Positions 49,226-63,669 of a stretch of DNA of 64,000 nt are shown here, piece after piece. Made by a program: the position numbers and the translations under genes. This stretch comes from Phoronis australis (lineage: Eukaryota > Animalia > Phoronida): assembly GCA_002633005.1 (NCBI GenBank), contig NMRA01000019.1:1003942-1067941 (forward strand), read 5' to 3'. A model generated the notes under the pieces. The model was not told the origin of the DNA. It did not search any database and saw only the letters and a program-made list of their open reading frames with translations. The first letter of the stretch is position 1. The number at the start of each line of letters is the position of its first letter.

Positions 49226-52200
49226 CTACTGGGATTTGCCATCAAAAGACACTGCTTGTACGGCATAGTAGGATTCATCTTCGCCACTATGCTTCGTTAT
49301 GTAGTACTTGAAGAATTCGTAGACTGACCATGAAATAGCTGTGGAAGGCATCTGATAAATGACGCGAGCCTGCATTCCACGAAAGTATCCTCGGAAGCCC
49401 TGAAAGTGGTAGACAGTTCTGAAGGCCTCGGACAGGCCCGTGATGGCTTTTTGCTTACTACGGCAACATTGCTCCTGAGTGTTCAACAGAGTCTTACACA
49501 CGTCGAGGGGCGTGGTTATGGCGGCTGCTACGGCGCCCGCCACAGCACCCGAGACGACATGCGTCTTGGGCTCATACGCTCGCTTCTCATTCAGCGTGTC
49601 TTGCATGAGTTCGTAGGTGACGAAATGCACCGACTGGAACGGGATGTTCATTGACAACTGAGTAGTGTAGCTGCGGTAGAAAGCTCGCACGCCCTCTTCT
49701 CGTAATATTGTCCTGGCGCACTCGGTACAGTTTTTGTACGGACTGCAGAACATTTGCATTCTCTGTTTGATGACTGTAGTGCATGAAGTAGCAACATTCC
49801 AGTTGGTAGTGAGTGTAGTGCAGCAACAGCATATGGAAAGTAGGGAAAGCAAAACAGAATAAAAAATCAAGTCATAAAAGTATGTTGCACACATTTTAGA
49901 ACACAAAGTGTAACATGAAGCCCTAGATGAACATAGTTGACAAGTGAATCACATGTACGTAGTTGACAAGTGAATCACATGTACATAGTTGACAAGTGAA
50001 TTGGATGTACACACTAGTGAGACATCACTATCAGGCAACATTTTTACGTGAATGATTTCAAAATCTACCTTTCGTGCTTTGACATGTCATACAACAAAAC
50101 AATATCAAATCAACAACTACAGAGAAATAATCCGCATTCTACAATAATCTGTTTAAAACCCGAGTTCCCATAGACTAGGTGTCGTGGTGTTAATTAACAC
50201 ATCACATATAAATTCATGCCCTCCCACCTACAGACACAGCAAAAAAGCAACGTTGGCGTGCCGTTTTCAGGGTGTATGAGAAGTATCTCCAACACAAAAA
50301 TTGCGGTTTAGGCCCTTTTCACGACATCCTAGATTTGCCAGTGTGGCATTTCAGCGAACAGTCATTTCATGATTTGCAATCACAAAGAACACACATATCT
50401 GGAAAATGATAACGTTTCTCGTCAAATAGATAATAAAATACTTCATAGCTCAGACACCAATAAAATACCTTTGGCTTGGACTGATGGGATGCTTCAGAAA
50501 GCTGTGTTAGCTTTCTTCAAAGGCAGTAAAACTGAAATTTCGTATCGTAAGCCTCAAGCTTGGACTTTGTAATACATCAAAAATATGCCCGCACTTCTTT
50601 CCAAAAACATGAATGCAAAAACATAGCAAAATGTAACATTTCAGGAATTCACAGGAACTTCACCATGGTCTTTTATGACTGATGGATGAAAGACGGAGGT
50701 ACCTGCATTGCTTCTAAAATGTCCCCTCAGCACCAAGTTAAGTATGCATATGTAATCCAAGTCTGAATCGAGAGGTTATCAGTTTGAAAAGAAATAAAGA
50801 TACCCACCATCAGCCGGGTTCATAACAGCGTCATGGAGCAGAGTAGCTGCACATCCAGCAATACCTAGAAACAATAGAAATCCCTGTATCATGTGTCCGT
50901 TTATATTATAAAAACACATGGCAACTGGAAAAGGACACCATGCCCACAGGCTGCCAATCGTCATCACCTCTGTATTTCCTGAACAAACTATGCAGCTGTG
51001 ACACTAAGTAAGGCGTCTTTCTTGGAAATCAATTCAGCACCATGTCACAATTTATTAAGGGGTGGTAGAAAATGAAAGCGAAAATGGATTTCATCAGAAT
51101 TCGTATTCTGATGCAAATGACAATGACTCAAGGCTGCCACTATTTCTCCCTCACAAACCACACAAACGTTCTCAATACCAGCTCATTTCTCAATTCTTTT
51201 CTTAGGAGTTAAAGTTCTGCTATTAGGAACCACAATTCATATTCTACTAATTCAGTTCTTTTCCCATTGATCACATTTTGGTTGTCATTAACAGCATTCT
51301 TTTTCCCAAACAATTATCATTTTGTAAGAAATCTATGATTTCGGGTCGACTTACTCCAGTCAGAATGTGCTTTATTTGTTAATAAAACTAAGATGGATGC
51401 ATTGTACCAAATAGAAATACGTAACTATGCAGAGTGCTGTATTCCTAGAAGCATTCTTTCCATCTTTAGAGCTTATGTTTTAAATTTCTAAAACAGAAAG
51501 AATTGAACCTGACCATGGAGGGATCAAACTCGCCCAAATTTGTTGAATGCATGTCATATTTAGGCAACTAAATTTCAAAGTATACTTAAAACTGACAATT
51601 TTTTAGAAAATGGACATAACTAGTTTCCAATGTGGAACTCCAGTGATGCTATACAAAAGTGCTTGACAAATATAGCAACACTATATATTAAAGTTAAATT
51701 TGTCAAGCTGAAGCCGCACTTTGAAACATTTATGTCTACGTTGCTAAAGCACGATTCATATGATTCAGCTGTTACATAACACTAAGCAAAATTTTGGTCT
51801 TTCAAGACAATGTCAGAAATCTTAGGTGCAGAAATGTTAACAATTACTGCAATTGCTCCGGTATAAGGCTATGACCAGGCTTTAACTCCAAAAACAGGCT
51901 GGACTGAGCTTATATCAGATATTTGATGTGTTCGAGCCACTGGACTTGACGTATCATAAATTGATGCAAAAGTCTTGACAATGTATGATCATGCATTTGA
52001 TGAAAATGCATCCGGCATCTGTTTTTCTGAGCAGTTTGCATTCACTAACCTAGCAACAGGGCAATGGCAAGAGAAGACGTAGACTTAACGAGGACTATGG
52101 GGGTGAGGTTAAACTTGGTGGGTTCATACCTGAGAGGAATAATTTTAGACCCATACTGAAGGATCTTACAGCTTTATTAACAAATAACGGTTGAACTATA

Positions 52201-55200
52201 CTAGTGTCTAATCTTACCATTTGCTAAAGGTGTCCCATGCTCAGTGCCACTAAGTGACCGTTTTAAATGTTCGTAACATGCGAAATAGAGAGCGTGAGCA
52301 GGAGCAGCGCCCCCTACCATCGCATTGATGCCACGGACGGTGTTGCCGATTCCTTCGTGCCGCACAATCTTAAATAGGGCATCTCCAACGTTGCGATAAT
52401 TCTGAGCAGGATTTGGCACCAGACACTGCATCCTGGTCTGAAACGAAAATAAACACACTTGGATTGTGTTGCTTTAAAAAAGACTAATAATTCTTGCTTG
52501 TGCACTCTGTTTGAAGTTTGCAAATTTAGAATTAGTTTTCATTAAAACTACGGAGTAAATGCACAGGGTAAAATTTCACTAACTGACAAATTGAATTTTT
52601 AAATTTTTTTCAAATGCTTGTAACATCGTGAGTGCACACTGTTCTTAAAAGACGTCACTGTTGTGAGTGCACACCGTTCTCAAGACATCGTCTGAACTTC
52701 GACTACAGAGACTGGACCTAGGTCAAAATGCAAGTCATCACCTGTGGTATTTCACTTTACAGGAACATGAGCAATATATACTGACTAAATATTTGTTTAA
52801 AGATAACACAATNAGACACCAATAAAATACCTTTGGCTTGGACTGATGGGATGCTTCAGAAAGCTGTGTTTGCTTTCTTCAAAGGCAGTAAAACTGAAAT
52901 TTCGTATTGTAAGCCTCAAGCTTGGACTTTGTAATACACCAATAGTATGCCCGCACTTCTTTCCAAAAAACATGAACGCAAAAACATAGCAAAATGAAAC
53001 AATTCAGGAATTCATAGGAACTTCACCATGGTCTTTTATGACTGATGGGTGAAAGACGGAGGTACCTGCGTTGCTTCTAAAATGTCCCATCAGCACCAAG
53101 TTAAGTATGCATATGTAATCCAAGTCTGAATCAAGAGGTAATCAGTTTGAAAAGAAATAAAGAAACCCACCATCAGCCGGGTTCATAACAGCGTCATGGA
53201 GCAGAGTAGCTGCACATCCAGCAATACCTAGAAACAATAGAAATCCCTGTATCATGTGTCCGTTTATATTACAAAAACACATGGCAACCGGAAAAGGACA
53301 CCATGCCCACAGGCTGCCAATCGTCATCACCTCTGAATTTCCTGAACAAACTATGCAGCTGTGACACTCAGTAAGGCGTCTTTCTTGGAAATCAATTCAG
53401 CACCATGTCACAATTTATTAAGGGGTGGTAGAAAATGAAAGCGAAAATGGATTTCATCAGAATTCATATTCTGATGCAAATGACAATGACTCAAGGCTGC
53501 CACTATTTCTCCCTCACAAACCACACAAACCAAACGTTCTCTATACCGGCTCATTTCTCAATTCTTAGGAGTTAAAGTTCTGCTATTAGGAACCACAATT
53601 CATATTCTATTAATTCAGTTCTTTACCCATTGATCACATTTTGGTTGTCATTAACAGCATTCTTTTTCCCAAACAATTATCATTTTTTAATAAAACTAAG
53701 ATGGATGCATTATACCAAATAGAAAGACGTAACTATGCAGAGTGCTGTATTCCTAGAAGCATTCTTTCCATCTTTAGAGCTTATGTTTTAAATTTCTAAA
53801 ACAAAAAATTTAACCTGACCATGGAGGGAGCGAACCCGCCCAAGGTGGCAACTTAATTTTAAATGGAAACTACATCTACACACTTGTTTGTCAGTTTGTT
53901 GAATGCATGTCATATTAAGGCAACTAAATTTCAAAGTATACTTAAAACTGACAATTTTTTAGAAACTGGACATAACTAAGTTTCAATGTGGAACTCCAGT
54001 GACGCTATACAAAAGTGCCTGATGGATATAGCATCACTTTGGGTAAATACAGCGAGATTTGAGTCCTGCTGTGTAACCCAGGATGACCCAATTACATCAG
54101 AATTACGGTTAAATTCGTCAAGCTGAAGCTGCACTTTGAAACATTTATGTCTATGTTGCTAAAGCACGATTCATATGGTTCAACTGTTACACAACATTTA
54201 GCAAAATTTTGGTCTTTCAAGACAATGTCAGAAATCTTAGGTGCACAAATGTTAATAATTACTGCAATTGCTTGGGTATAAGGCTATGACCAGGCTTTAA
54301 CTCCAAAAACAGGCTGGACTGGACTTATATCATTTCAGATACTTGATGTGTTTGAGCCACTGGACTTGACGTATCATAAATTGATGCAAAAGTCTTGACA
54401 ATGTATGAACATGCATTTGATGAAAATGCATCCGGCATCTGTTTTTCTGAGCAGTTTGCATTCACTATTAGTCTAACCTAGCAACAGGGCAATGGCAAGA
54501 GAAGACGTAGACTTAACGAGGACTATGGGGGTGAGGTTATAATTGGTGGGTTCATACTTGAGAGGAATAATTTTAGTCCAATATCGAAGGATCTTACAGC
54601 TTTATTAACAAATAACGGATGAACTATACCAGTGTCTAATCTTACCATTTGCTAAAGGTGTCCCATGCTCAGTGCCACTAAGTGACCGTTTTAAATGTTC
54701 GTAACATGCGAAATAGAGAGCGTGAGCAGGAGCAGCACCCCCTACCATCGCATTGATGCCACGGACGGTGTTGCCGATTCCTTCGTGCCGCACAATCTTA
54801 AATAGGGCATCTCCAACGTTGCGATAATTCTGAGCAGGATTTGGCACCAGACACTGCATCCTGGTCTGAAACGAAAATAAACACACTTGGATTGTGTTGC
54901 TTTAAAAAAGACTACTAATTCTTGCTTGTGCACTCTGTTTGAAGTTTGCAAATTTAGAATTAGTTTTCATTAAAACTACGGAGTAAATGCACATGGTAAA
55001 ATTTCACAAACTGACAAATTGAATTTTTAAATTTTTTTCAAATGCTTGTAACATCGTTGTGAGTGCACACCGTTCTTAAGACATCGTCTGAACTTCGACT
55101 ACAGAGACTGGACCTAGGTCAAAATGCAAGTCATCACCTGTGGTATTTCACTTTACAGGAACATGAGCAATATATACTGACTAAATATTTGTTTAAAGAT

Positions 55201-58200
55201 AACACAATGTCATGGTGTCTAATATCATGCCATCATTTGGAAAAAAATACATACAGACATGGCAACCCATTTCAGATATGGTGCCATGGCGGAAGTGCTA
55301 GATAAGGATCGGGTTTGGACAAGCTTGGTACGATAAAATTCACTACCAGTAATTTAGGATGAATGTAAAGTAGCACAAAAATGACGAGTTATCGTTTCCA
55401 TGTTCTGTGTGGCTGCAGTTACCAGCAGACAATGCTTTGAAAAATTGCATGCAGTTTCACAACAACATTAGATTGTGAGACAAAAAAAATATCTTTTTTT
55501 TCGAAACTGGTGAGTTTACAGTATTATTTGGTGCGAACATGCAACAAAATTCGAGATGAGAGTTACTGTCTTGAAACAGTTTGTATAGGCAGCTGAAAAG
55601 AATATGATCAGGTATGGCGACTTCCACACAACCTCCTGAAATGGGTAACACATTGCCTCCACCAGGTTGTGCTCTATCAGACTGCATATGGAGTAACAGT
55701 TGTTCTACATCAATTTGAACAGCAGCAAAATATGTTGATGTAGGACAAGTACTGGTACCAGTGGATGGATAAAATCAACTAAAAGATCTTGGTTGCTTTC
55801 TAATCTGGAGACTTTCTAAATTTTAAATAAAACATCATTGTAGCTTTGAGAAAGATAAATGCTTTAAATTTTATGCTTTTTTGATAAAAATTCATGAATA
55901 TCAACATTTATTTAATATTTTACATAGCTACACTTCAGTTTTTATATTCAGTAATGCGTACGGTTCTCAACGTATTTTAATTAATTTTAGAAAAAATAGA
56001 ACTCCCATGGCGGATTTTTAGCGCAACCCTTGGGCATTTTTTACATTTTAAAAAATCACTATACAAAAATGAATTTACAAGCATCTATGGTAAAGCCTTC
56101 ATTACGAATGGAAAAACAACTTTTATTACCGACTTTCATCTCCCAACAACATTTTTGTGTCCAAAAAAAACAAAACGCGAATCCGGTTATATCGAATAGA
56201 CTATTTAAACTTATATAAGCTATAACCAGCATCTGACTGAATATATTATACCAATAAAGCCACAGTAACTCTAGTACGTCTTCAGCTCATCGAATGTATG
56301 CTATTTAACTTTACAACTAAATTACTGTACTCCAAGAACTGAATAACAACTTTGTCTAAAAGCTAGTTCATTCTAGCATAAGAAATGTTACATAAAAAGA
56401 TACCTTAAAATAGGAGCATGAAATGTCGAGATGCTTGAGAGAATTATTTCCAAAAAATAATCTGCATTCTCTCTCATTTAAAATAGCTTGCACGTGGTCT
56501 AACAGATATCTTTAAATTTCCAGTTGGCTCACATGAAAGCAACAAACCACTTTTCAACAGATTTTCTTCGCTATTACAAATTAACATGCTACATAATTAA
56601 AAACATAGGCAACTGCTGTTAAGTGTCTTTTGTTGCCACTGTGCAAGCAAACTTTTCAACAGTAGGATAGTTTCATTCTTTATCGTACCTAATTTTAGTC
56701 AAGACGTCACAAGTCTGTAAAAATAACAGTGCACAACTGCCAACATACTCTTTCCTCTACAACTATTAATAAAACTCCAGTCACAACAGCTGCTAACGTA
56801 TTATAAAACAGAAGAAATTTCAGTGAAAGCATCCGAAAGAGTCCATTTATGTGCTGTGGTACAAGTTGCTAAAAAGTCTTAACAATGTCGACCAAGTTCA
56901 GAAATGATTACGAAAATGGAATCTTTGATCAATCAAAAACTTGATGCATCAAACAATCACGTGGCGACAAACCCTTACCATGAGCTTCAGAACTCTTAAA
57001 AAGGAACAGAATTTGTGTCTTCAGGCTTAGTGGCAGTTCAGCATATACTAGATTGGCACAAGACATGAAAACGCAACCGAAAATAAGCGTTTTTGGCAGA
57101 CAGAAGAGCTGTTCGTAAAAGGTCATTTTCGTTAATAATTAGTTTGCTTTCTCACCACCCATATCCCCCTTTTATAGAACATTTTGATCTCAAAACAAAT
57201 AATTAATGCGAGGATCTTTGGTCAGTTCACTAGTGCTAGAACCATGCTCAGCAAATAAAAATGCCACACTAAGACAAGTCAATTTGGAGAGCTCTGTCTC
57301 AAGCAATAACAAACTTACTGTCATACATTCTTCCCAGCCTTGCCTCCAAGCCTCAAGATGGCACTGATCGGTTTAGCCATTTAGGCTTGGTTATGGGAAA
57401 TACCTTTTAATGCCTTGACGTCATTAAAACAAAGACAAATTTTAATTATTTTCACGGGCGTTGTTGCTGCTATTCATGAAGCAGAAGGCGTTGTTTTGGT
57501 TATTGTTTGAAATTAGGTAGGCGTACTTATTTTCAATACTTTTTGTTAATAAATTCTGTTTTTGAATCAAAATACATCATTTTTGCAATAATTTAGACCA
57601 AAATTGCTGAAATACAATGTAAGCTTTCATTTTTATGTTGTACTGCAGAAAACTTCAAAGTTGAAATAACTTTTTATTAATCGTGGCATTCCGGCGATTT
57701 CTGTAAAAATGTGTTAGAATTCTGACACATTTCATTTCCCAACCAAGCCTCAAATGGATAAACCGATCAGCGCCATCTTGAGGCTTGGGGACAAGGCAGA
57801 CCTCCTTCCAAGCCCAGATGTCATGTCTACTTTGAATTAGAAACAGTGTCATTTATAGTATAATACCAATGTCACATCATCAAGTGCTCTAAGACAAAAG
57901 TTGTGACAAAAAGTAGGTTCACAGCAGCCTCACTTAAAATGTGTAACATTGTCTTGTCAGGTCTAACACATGTTTTATTGTAAGATTTATCGTAAACATT
58001 TTTAAGTCTGGTCAGCACGTCACCTCAGATTCTCTGATTTCTTAGTGACTTTTTGATTATAAACAATATTATTATGCTGATGAACTACAGCACTACATAT
58101 CTTAACAAACTCAATTTCATTTCAACAAGAAAAGTTAAGCCAGAAAAAATGAGGTCACACTCATCATGCAGTTCAAATTAAATGTCATCAACATCATGTA

Positions 58201-61200
58201 TCGCTACACCAGTTCTTTTAAATTCAAAAAAACATAAAAAGTAATGTCAGCATACAACTGAAAATCTGTATTGCTTTTAAAAATTGATCATTTTTAAAAA
58301 TTCATTTCTGATAAATTCTAACCAACTTTCAACACTTATATGAGTTTAAAGGGGAACTCATTTCATAATTTAGTAAAGGCAGAATTGCAAGAATTAAAAA
58401 AACAATCATTTAACTACAAGAATTTTAAAAAATAGTCACTTAATTGCAAGCTTAGAAGGGCATTATCATTCACTTAGGTGAAGCAATTGCAAAAATTATA
58501 AATAAAAAACTTATGGAAACTCACAGAAATATTTCTCGAGACAATGCAACTTTTACACTGGCCAAGTCAAAAGTGTCTATTTATAGACACTTTTGACAAT
58601 GTTCTCGTGTTCCCAGTCATATTCAGATTCCAAAACGACTGTCACATATGGATGTAAAAGTAGAACTGGTTACAATGATTGGCCTAATGACAAATCGGTA
58701 TGTCATTTTCTCCAACATTTGATTTTTAAGCCGAAATGGTCACATGACCTGAAATTTACTGAGCCTGAAACAATAAGGGAGTGTTAAGTCTTCCCAGCCC
58801 AGAAATCACTTCTAGATTGAGTAGGGAACACGATGAAATGATTTTTATAAGATGTGTTAATGGTCTAAATTAAATGCTGTTTTTGATAGAAAATTCAAAT
58901 ATGCTTTAAGGATTTGTAATCGCACAGCTAGTGCACTTTAACACAATAATTTGCATAAATTAGGACTATTTAACCTTCCATCTGGCCCATCTTCTGCAAT
59001 TAGCTACATAGTACATAAAACTTTATAGGGGTTTTGCAATAGCAACAGCATAACAATATAGGATTTGTCACGGCGATAAAGTATTCAGTAGACAACAGGC
59101 ACAGTGTTTTTTATAAATTCCCAAAGATACCACAGTGGCTTAAAAGTACTACTGCTGTGTGCTGGGATGCTCAACTGTGCGCGATGGGATAGTGTTCAAC
59201 TGAGTGAACACAAAATGCCTGACTTGGACCGCAGATTTTGAAATCAGGCCAAGCGAATGTCAAATTTGTGCTTTCACAACACTTAAAAAGTCGTAATTGG
59301 AAATAGGATATTTTCACCACTGTTACATCACTAATCCAGGTAAAGTTGACATTGTAATCTTAGTATGATTCGATCTCACTTAGGCCAGGAACATTTCTTC
59401 GATTGGGAAGAACAGACGCCTAAGCAGAACACAAGAAGTCGGAATTTGTCATTTGACAGCCACTACACAGTGGTTGTTCACCAGGTCATTAGGCAGGGAC
59501 AATCCAACCTAGCAATAAGTTGTTCAGTATCAATGAAAGCACTTCACCATCAATACATCATGCTGGGTACATCTGCACTAACTGAGCATCAGTCTGAGAT
59601 CAGAGGTCATGAATGCTTCACATAATAAGTGTCACATTCACTATAAATTTCCAAGAAATCAATGTGATAAAAGTGAGCACTATGTAATTAATGTGACATT
59701 ATAAAAACAAGAATACTTTACTTCAGAACCGCAATCCATAGATTTTGACTGACAATACCCAATGCAACAAATGACTCAAATTATTTCCACAGAAATTCAA
59801 TGAACAAAACACCCTGGGTTACAGATTATTAGTAATCACAAGATGAAAGATAAGATGACTTGAACTACATACAAACATTATCAGTATCTTGGAGCTTTGC
59901 CAATTAACTGGTTAATATACATTTTTTTTTTCTTTCTGACAACACAAGATATCACAATTACTTCAAAGTAATCTTATTAATTAATCAACTAGACATCTGG
60001 AGCAATGTCAAGTGGACAAATGAACTAACGCTGGTCTGGTCGCAACAGAAATGTACTGACTGCAATCTCAACACTGCATCAATACAAAAATGTAAGAAGC
60101 TAAAGCTGAAATTTTCTGAATGACAAGACTGAAAAGGTTGTCAGTTGATACAGAAATTGCTTTACTAACATGGCAATGTAGTGATGGCGTGCACAATGAC
60201 CTCAAGGAATTTGACTGCAATCTATAAACACTGCATAAACTTATACACAAAATGTAAGAAGCTAAAGCTGAAATTTTCCCAATGTAAAGATTGAAAAGTT
60301 TGTTAGGTGATATCAAAATTGATTTATTTGGGTGGCAAGGCAGTGACGGCATGTATTTCATGTATCAAGCATGGCCTCATGTAAAAAGGAATTTTCAATT
60401 TATGCAAACCCAGAAATCACTTTTCATCTCAGTAAGGACACGTTCGGATCAAATTAATAGTGGTAAAGGGTCTAAATCAAACATTCACTTCTAAAGTTGG
60501 AACACAGGTTTATAGTTTCCTTCAGTATTAAGTACAGGGGGTTTTAAAATGAGGATACAGACCAGAACATATGGCTTAGTAAGCAGGGTTTGACATGGCG
60601 ACCTCAGATTTTGTTTGGCGACCCAATAAAACTCCCAGGTCACCATGAAGCTGCAACATCCGAGCATGCACAAATGGAAGTCAGAATCGTTTGCCGAAAA
60701 TCAAAAAGGCTCGCTTGTGTTCGTCTGCCCCAGGGGGTGGGCCTATACGCAGGATATTGGGTCCAGTAGAGGAGAATTTTTTCGTCAACGAGCACGCAGG
60801 ACACCTCTAACTTTCCCTTCAAACACAAGTGAGATATCTTCAGAGGTGCACCAGCAGACAATTTGCCGAGTTCGCCATCTTTTGCAGTGTTCTCCACAAT
60901 ACCAAATCCATGCAAACTCATGCAAATGTCTAGATGAGTTCAATATCAGTAATTGTCATTGTCTCATCTGTAATCATTACCATATGCTTGCTGGAGGTAT
61001 TTACATATGGTTGAAAACTGCACACTGCACTGGTATGACCTACTTTTTTGACACTTCAAAGTTTAACTTTCCTACCAATGTATCACCGGCGATCTCAGTT
61101 CTCGTTTAGCACAGGCCGCATTTGGCGAGTTGACAATGCCAAAAGTCGAGACCCGCCTTATTACTTGTATTGATCATATGCAAGTCACAATACAGTAGAT

Positions 61201-63516
61201 CTACAAACGATATATATGCGTTCAGTTGACATAAGAAAAGCCAGGATGAGCTTAAATCAAAATCTTTACAGAACACACTTTTCATACACTAGAGATGTAT
61301 AAAGAGACTGCAGGAACCACAGACTCCATTGACTTACAGGCAGGTGGCACCACCGAATTGAGGACAGATAAAAGCGATAGAAGAGAGCACCAGCACCTGT
61401 AACATTGGGAGCATCAGGTCTTTAGTGTGATTATCGGTTTTATGGACAAAAATGCCTTTTTGGGATTATTGTTACACAGGCTAGACTTTTTGCCAATTGA
61501 ACATTCGTATTAATGGCAATGAAGGCCTGGCAAGCCAGAATATGGAGATGTGGGGGCTTAACCACTGAGCCAGAAAGTCGCCCTGGTCACCCATGACCTT
61601 TGACATTTGAAGTATACAAACTGGATGCTCAAAGCATTTGCCATCACAGTAAGGCTAGTTGTCGACATAAAAGTTAAATCGGCGCTCTCTAACTGACATG
61701 TGTATTCCTCTCCGGTAGGTAAATGTGCAATTTAAAACAGGAAAAAATATATCCTGTGTCTAATGTCGGCTACAAGTTTAATATCTAGATTTGCATGAAA
61801 TAATAAGCCTCCAAATACTTTGACTGCAGAATTCCATAATTGGGCGATCCAAGATCGCTCCTTTGGCACTGAATAAATGACACATATGGAATAAAATTGG
61901 TCAGTCACAAAATGTCACGAAATCCCAACATTTGCTGGCTTGGCACTGACTACATGTCATATATGGAAACAATAGGTCAGCGACAACACATCACATGTAG
62001 AACACGTTATTTCGGCTTCGCTTGTGAACAAGACCAGGATTTGGCTACTAAAACTGCGATAACAAAACCATTCTTTTGAAGAATAAATTTGTTGCATAGT
62101 ACAATAGGCAGCGGTAGAATTTTGACCTTGTAAGTGTCAACTTCAACAGCTCAGCTATTTTTAAATGAGCTGCAGAGGTTGCCAACAAGACGCCCGGTGA
62201 CTACTGGCACTAGTGAACAGACTAACTACCGTGGACTCAAGTGGACATTTTCGCCTCTATCAAGCACTATTTTTGTAACAAGTGTGAAGCAGACTAATCC
62301 TAATACAAAGTTGTGTACAGAAATGCACTGGCTTGTACATGCTCAATGTCCATGACAGGCCGCTGGCATGGGCTGCTGGCATGGGCTGCAAAGAGTGAGT
62401 GCACGCACGCGCACTCGTGCACGTACCTTTGCTCTCGCCCAACTGGTCGAGAGCTATATGGTGCATGCACGTGCATACTGTTTTCAAATACAGGCAGATT
62501 TTTATGTTACAAGATCCGAAAAAGGATGCAAAAATGACGCTTATTGTGTTGATTTTCACTTAAATGACTGTAACAGGTAAGATGAATGTTGGTTAACTCT
62601 CAGATTTTGCATGCACCACCTCTGGCCGCTACTTCTACAAGAGATGCTAGCAGAACAACATGGGTGGTGTGAAATTTTAATGGCTTTATATATTTACCCT
62701 AATTGTATTTTGACGCCTGAGTCTTCATGCTGTGTGTGAACTTGGAATTCGCATAATCTCAAGATCGCGTATGCGTGAACTTAGAATAAATACTCACTAT
62801 TTAAAGTAATCAGGTGAAAAGTTGTGTTCACTGAAGAGAATTTTTTAGCCCCCAGATTACTCATTTTCTCCTTTACCAGAACTTGCGTCACAGAATTGGA
62901 GGTATATAATTATGTGAATTCAATTACTGTTCGGCAATAGTTGAAAAAAACAATAAGGTATAAAAGTCAAGTAAACGGGTCCCTCTTCAAAATGGCTATC
63001 GGGAACCAGTTTCACTGAATAACGGCAATACCCAATAAAGGATGGTTAAAATTTACATAATTTCATCAATGTCATGTGATTTGTTTTACAGTGCAGTGTA
63101 CTGAGTGCACATTTTTTAATGTCACACTTGATTATTTGAGAAAACGTCTCAAGATTTCTAGACTAGAGTATTCCAAGTTCAAGCACAGCACAAACCAGCT
63201 AAACTCAGATACTAGGTACAGTAGCAGTAGTTAGTACTACTAGTAGTACATTTGTAGCTAAGCCTCATGCCAAGTCAGCATGCAAGACACGTCCAGAGGA
63301 AGACAACTCGTACTTAATCACCAAATAGGAGGAAATCAGCTGACGTTAATTCTGTCACAAACTCACTTTCACGCAGTCCACGGGATACATAACACAGTGT
63401 TCCATGACTCCAGCAAAAGCCCCGGCGACCATGTGAGTGGTCCATGTCGTTGACGGAGGGAGGCTTTCATAGTCATCGATGTCCATATTCTTAAACACAA
63501 GCTCGTCGTCAGCCAT
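49226..63516 (-). CDS. SLC25A37: Mitoferrin, mitochondrial iron carrier (SLC25A28/SLC25A37 orthologue; 324 aa; exons 63516-63367, 54865-54646 [copy 52437-52218], 53227-53171 [copy 50864-50808], 49773-49226)
   Basis: [20 protein letters not shown]...[23 protein letters not shown]|TRMQ...[14 protein letters not shown]...|[19 protein letters not shown]|VIKQRMQ...[17 protein letters not shown]...[14 protein letters not shown]...[16 protein letters not shown]; three carrier signature motifs; phases 0,1,1; 975 nt in frame. Confidence 0.96.
49931..50010. repeat. 26-bp tandem repeat x3 (ACATAGTTGACAAGTGAATCACATGT)
   Basis: Directly visible in mitoferrin intron 3. Confidence 0.9.
50452..55208. repeat. 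Tandem block duplication A 50452-52812 / B 52814-55208 across 'n' at 52813 (probable two alleles)
   Basis: Near-identical ~2.4 kb containing mitoferrin exons 2-3 twice; exon difference seen is synonymous (GGC/GGT); several 30-70 bp intronic indels. Confidence 0.93.
57337..57797. mobile_element. MITE with ~65-bp imperfect TIRs in mitoferrin intron 1
   Basis: CCAAGCCTCAAGATGGCACTGATCGGTTT...GGGAAAT (within 57337-57401) is mirrored at 57734-57797; AT-rich interior; TSD not resolved. Confidence 0.75.
60085..60350. repeat. Diverged direct duplication, ~163-bp period
   Basis: AAAATGTAAGAAGCTAAAGCTGAAATTTTC occurs near 60086 and 60249 with similar downstream sequence. Confidence 0.75.
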
Positions 63517-63524
63517 CGGAAAGG

Positions 63525-63669
63525 CTATTTTATAAATATCATAGAAATATAAACCAATTAGAGGATGTTAGCAGCTGCCATCGCCGATGGCAGCAGTCTT
63601 GTCCATCGAAGTCCACGATTTCACCATCACTTTGCTCTACTGCTGCTCCATTTTTATGACGTAGGACAT
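63525..63669 (-). promoter_or_regulatory. Three short upstream ORFs and a GC-rich hairpin ahead of the mitoferrin start
   Basis: 63669-63637 (MSYVIKMEQQ*), 63627-63568 (MVKSWTSMDKTAAIGDGSC*), 63542-63525 (MIFIK*); palindrome GCTGCCATCG-C-CGATGGCAGC at 63574-63594. Inclusion in the mRNA is not shown. Confidence 0.45.

Noticed and set aside
50452-55208. Duplicated mitoferrin exons 2-3 as mutually exclusive exons or an expanded carrier
   Set aside because: The encoded peptides are identical, introns are duplicated too, the junction is an n, and the phases are incompatible.
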